Assembly: GCA_963663765.2 (NCBI GenBank)
Contig: CAXXUA010000004.1
Coordinates: 640,001-704,000, forward strand
Length of the DNA stretch: 64,000 nucleotides
DNA from: Candidatus Poribacteria bacterium
GTDB taxonomy: Bacteria > Poribacteria > WGA-4E > WGA-3G
Direction of reading: 5' to 3'
Shown here: one piece after another, positions 61,069 through 64,000 of the stretch
How positions within the stretch are numbered: position 1 is the stretch's first letter
How the letters are laid out: every line of letters starts with the position of its first letter
The notes under the pieces: generated by a model
Seen by the model: only the letters and a program-made list of their open reading frames with translations
Database searches by the model: none
Told to the model about the DNA's origin: nothing
Made by a program: the position numbers and the translations under genes

Positions 61069-61788
61069 TTACCAATCTTTGTATAGCACGTTATATACAG
61101 TGCCATCAGATTTTACGAAAAACATAATTGATTCTACCTTGTGCCGAGTTACATGTCCTGTAACAACCTTCTTTTGTGACTTTAAACCTTTGACAAAAGC
61201 ATTAGAACTATCGGAACGTGCGTTTTCACGCATCTTGTTAATGGCATCACTATGAACAGAGCTTACAAGACTATCTCCACTCGAATTACGCGTTTTAGAC
61301 TTCCATTCATACCTGTCAAGGTAAGGGTTATACCACATTTCACCCTGTGTTTCAGATTTCTCTAATTTTAGTGGTGACTTTAATGGATCGATCTGTGGGA
61401 TAAATGGCTCTTCTAACGGTTTATTATTCTGTAGGGCGGGCACATAATCATATTGTGGCACAGAAAACTGCTTCTCATTTGTCCATATAAAAATCTTCCC
61501 ACCAGTGTAATCATCAGTAATATTTTGTGGCGGACCAATCCTCTGGATTACTTCAGATATATGACGACCAACATTAGCCTCTTTGATTTCTTCTACTATC
61601 AATTGTTTTTCCAACTGCTTTTTCTCTTTATAAGACTCTGCTTCCTCAACTGTTTCCAGAAAAATGTAACCGATTGTCCCTGCCACTGCCACACCTGATA
61701 AAACAGCAATACCATTAGATATTGATTTTCCAGAACACCCAGTTAATATAGTAATTAACGCTACTATCACAACAAAATTTCTAAACAT
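61069..61788 (-). CDS. Hypothetical lipoprotein
   Basis: AAGGAG RBS; lipobox 'LTGC'. Confidence 0.8.
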   Translation of the reverse strand: MFRNFVVIVALITILTGCSGKSISNGIAVLSGVAVAGTIGYIFLETVEEAESYKEKKQLEKQLIVEEIKEANVGRHISEVIQRIGPPQNITDDYTGGKIFIWTNEKQFSVPQYDYVPALQNNKPLEEPFIPQIDPLKSPLKLEKSETQGEMWYNPYLDRYEWKSKTRNSSGDSLVSSVHSDAINKMRENARSDSSNAFVKGLKSQKKVVTGHVTRHKVESIMFFVKSDGTVYNVLYKDW

Positions 61789-61898
61789 TGTACATCTCCT
61801 TGTTTTAGTCTGTAGGTCGAGGTTTGAAGTTCATTCCTACAAATTGCATCGTCTCAGTAGGAGCGAACTCCAAATCTCGTGCTAATAAATCTTAGCTA

Positions 61899-62748
61899 GG
61901 TAGTGTTTACATATTCTTATATTGTTATGAGAATTGATGCGAAATATACAAAACCGAGATACCGGTCTGCGTATTTATCATAACGTGTTGCTACACGACG
62001 ATACTGTTTTAATCGATGAAAGAAACGTTCTATTTTGTTTCGCTGTTTATATAACTCTTTGTCATAGGTGCGTATTTCAGTGCGATTTTTGCGCGGCGGT
62101 ATCACAGCCGTCGCATTGTTGGAGACGATCTCCTCTATAAAAGCATCCGAATCGTAGGCTTTATCTCCTATCACATACTGATAAGAAAAACCTTTGATCA
62201 GTGCAGATGCTTGCGTAATATCATGGCATTGTCCTGCTGTCAAAGTAAACCTGAGAGGTATCCATTCATCGCTGAGAGATAGATTTAGTTTCGTGGTAAA
62301 TCCGCCTCGGCTCCGACCAAGTGCTTGTGTTTCTTGTCCTCCTTTTTTTTAGGTGCACCGGCTGAGCAGGAGTGGGCGCGCACTATCGTGCTATCAACGA
62401 GAATGGTAGAAATCTCACTCGCATCGTGAACTTGAAAAATACCCGATTCACACCATCTACCGAACCGACGATAGATAGTGTTCCAGTATCCATAGACTTT
62501 AGGCAAAGCACGCCAGGAAGCTCCTTCTTTAGTCATCCAGATAAGTGCAGAGAGAAACCGTCTGCAGTCTTGTGGATCACCAACATAGACGTTGGGATAC
62601 GCTCGGAGAAAAGGTAAAAGGCTTTTCCAAGCTGCGTCACTGATGGAATGGGGGAGTTCTTGGGATTTATCTGTTTTTTCGCTATTCATATATACAAAAT
62701 ACTATAATTTCTGTAAAATGTCAATACAAATTAAATGTAAACACAACC
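61899..62748 (-). mobile_element. IS5 family (IS427/IS1031-like) insertion sequence, two ORFs (62285-62689 and 61917-62243)
   Basis: TIR GGTAGTGTTTACA/TGTAAACACAACC flanked by TA; A8 slippery site; 'VDST.VRAH', 'GDKAYDS', 'YKQRNKIERFF..LK.YRR.ATRYDK'. Confidence 0.93.
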
Positions 62749-62760
62749 TAATAACCTTTG

Positions 62761-62859
62761 ATGACTCACTCTGTCATCATCTATCAACTGCGCGATGCAA
62801 AATGGATGACCAAAGAGGTAATGGGCGCAGACAAAAATCCTGCCACAAACTTGTTATAG
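62761..62859 (+). pseudogene. cas2: cas2 3' remnant (type I-B-like)
   Basis: Translates to 'HSVIIYQLRDAKWMTKEVMGADKNPATNLL*', resembling Cas2 C-termini; lies immediately before the CRISPR leader. Confidence 0.7.
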
Positions 62860-63116
62860 ACTGGTGTTAGGGCAATAATCGGTCAACACATCTGCCGTCA
62901 ACCTCTGAATTATAGCGCATATTGCGTTAATACTTTCTTACGAAATATGGTAAAAAGTGTCTATAAACGCAGTCAGGACATACTGCCGTCAACCTCCCAG
63001 AGAATTTGCACGATTGGAGGTCGACAGCAGACACCCCAAAAATCCGTGCAAAACCAAAATTAACTTGACAGCAACTGTGCGGGTTTGTTATCATATACAT
63101 GTCATTTTCGGATAGC
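62860..63116 (+). promoter_or_regulatory. CRISPR leader with palindromic motif and promoter
   Basis: CTGCCGTCAACCTCC(62983)...GGAGGTCGACAGCAG(63030), second CTGCCGTCAACCTC at 62892; TTGACA(63065)-18 bp-TATCAT(63089). Confidence 0.8.
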
Positions 63117-64000
63117 CTTCTAATCGAACCAATTTGGAATAGAAACTTTTCATACTTTACGCAGACGGATAAGATTGGCAGAACTTCTAATCGAACCAAT
63201 TTGGAATAGAAACTGCAGTAACTGACAATGACCTTGACCCATATTTGAGCACTTCTAATCGAACCAATTTGGAATAGAAACCCAGTAGCTCCTCCCTGTA
63301 TAGCCTCGTTCAATCCTACTTCTAATCGAACCAATTTGGAATAGAAACCAGACAGTTCATAAGCAATACTATGCCGATCCAGACTTCTTCTAATCGAACC
63401 AATTTGGAATAGAAACCACACACCATTTATTCCTATTTGGAGCAGAGGTACAACTTCTAATCGAACCAATTTGGAATAGAAACTTTGAATTCATATAATA
63501 CTCCTTGTGTTGACTAACACACTTCTAATCGAACCAATTTGGAATAGAAACCGAGCTGCTGCTGTCCATGCACCTGTGCCTAACGACTTCTAATCGAACC
63601 AATTTGGAATAGAAACTTATCAGTATAGCAGAATTGTATAAACTTATCAATAACTTCTAATCGAACCAATTTGGAATAGAAACATGTCACGTTTTTCTGC
63701 TGCAGAGAATGCCCCTTTACTTCTAATCGAACCAATTTGGAATAGAAACAATGCTGCGTTGGCAGATAAGGTTATGCAGCGTATTCTTCTAATCGAACCA
63801 ATTTGGAATAGAAACGACCGCTCAGATTTCTTGCATTGTACGGTTGTATTTCACTTCTAATCGAACCAATTTGGAATAGAAACATATAGAAAATGATTTC
63901 CGCATTCACAAGGTAGTTGACTTCTAATCGAACCAATTTGGAATAGAAACTTTGCAAATATTAGCTGAACGCACAAAAAATCGTAGACTTCTAATCGAAC
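63117..64000 (+). CRISPR. CRISPR array, 30-bp repeat CTTCTAATCGAACCAATTTGGAATAGAAAC (type I-B-like), runs off the window
   Basis: 13 identical full repeats plus one partial; 13 unique spacers of 35-38 bp. Confidence 0.99.

Noticed and set aside
62927-63957. Minus-strand ORFs of 180 aa and 61 aa
   Set aside because: Translations of CRISPR repeats, spacers and leader.
63147-63987. Self-targeting spacers within this window
   Set aside because: No match noticed by eye; a BLAST search is required, so this is not excluded.
1-64000. tRNA/rRNA genes and att sites for the Cre-like recombinase
   Set aside because: No cloverleaf/T-loop motifs or long flanking direct repeats were recognised by eye.

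Overview
AT-rich bacterial window, most likely from Candidatus Poribacteria (inferred from the WD40-cohesin-dockerin protein with the 'LLPNYPNPFNPETWIPYQL...TATRRMLILK' C-terminal domain and other lineage-typical families). 1-29.5 kb is core genome: TonB-dependent receptor end, DUF5916 protein, tonB, purF-X-purM with an orphan FliG-like gene, and mfd followed by two PrsA-like genes, surA and an LptD carrying inserted parvulin domains. Its intergenic spaces hold at least five families of TIR-bounded non-autonomous elements with GTAG-type REP hairpins as cargo; three of these REP cargos have been amplified in place into tandem arrays of 8, 11 and 21 units. 30-62.8 kb is a decaying accessory island: orphan N4-C methylase, RelE-type TA pair, ParA/RHH partition cassette, clan-CD protease with a small partner gene, Type ISP R-M enzyme, Cre-like recombinase and IS3/IS630/IS5/IS701 elements. 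It also contains an approximately 490-nt hairpin-dense, promoter-driven non-coding region split by an IS630, followed by a family of unannotated helical-domain proteins. The window ends with a cas2 3' stump, a leader and a type I-B-like CRISPR array. All protein-family calls come from motif recognition by eye, not database searches, and several single-base homopolymer frameshifts may be assembly errors.
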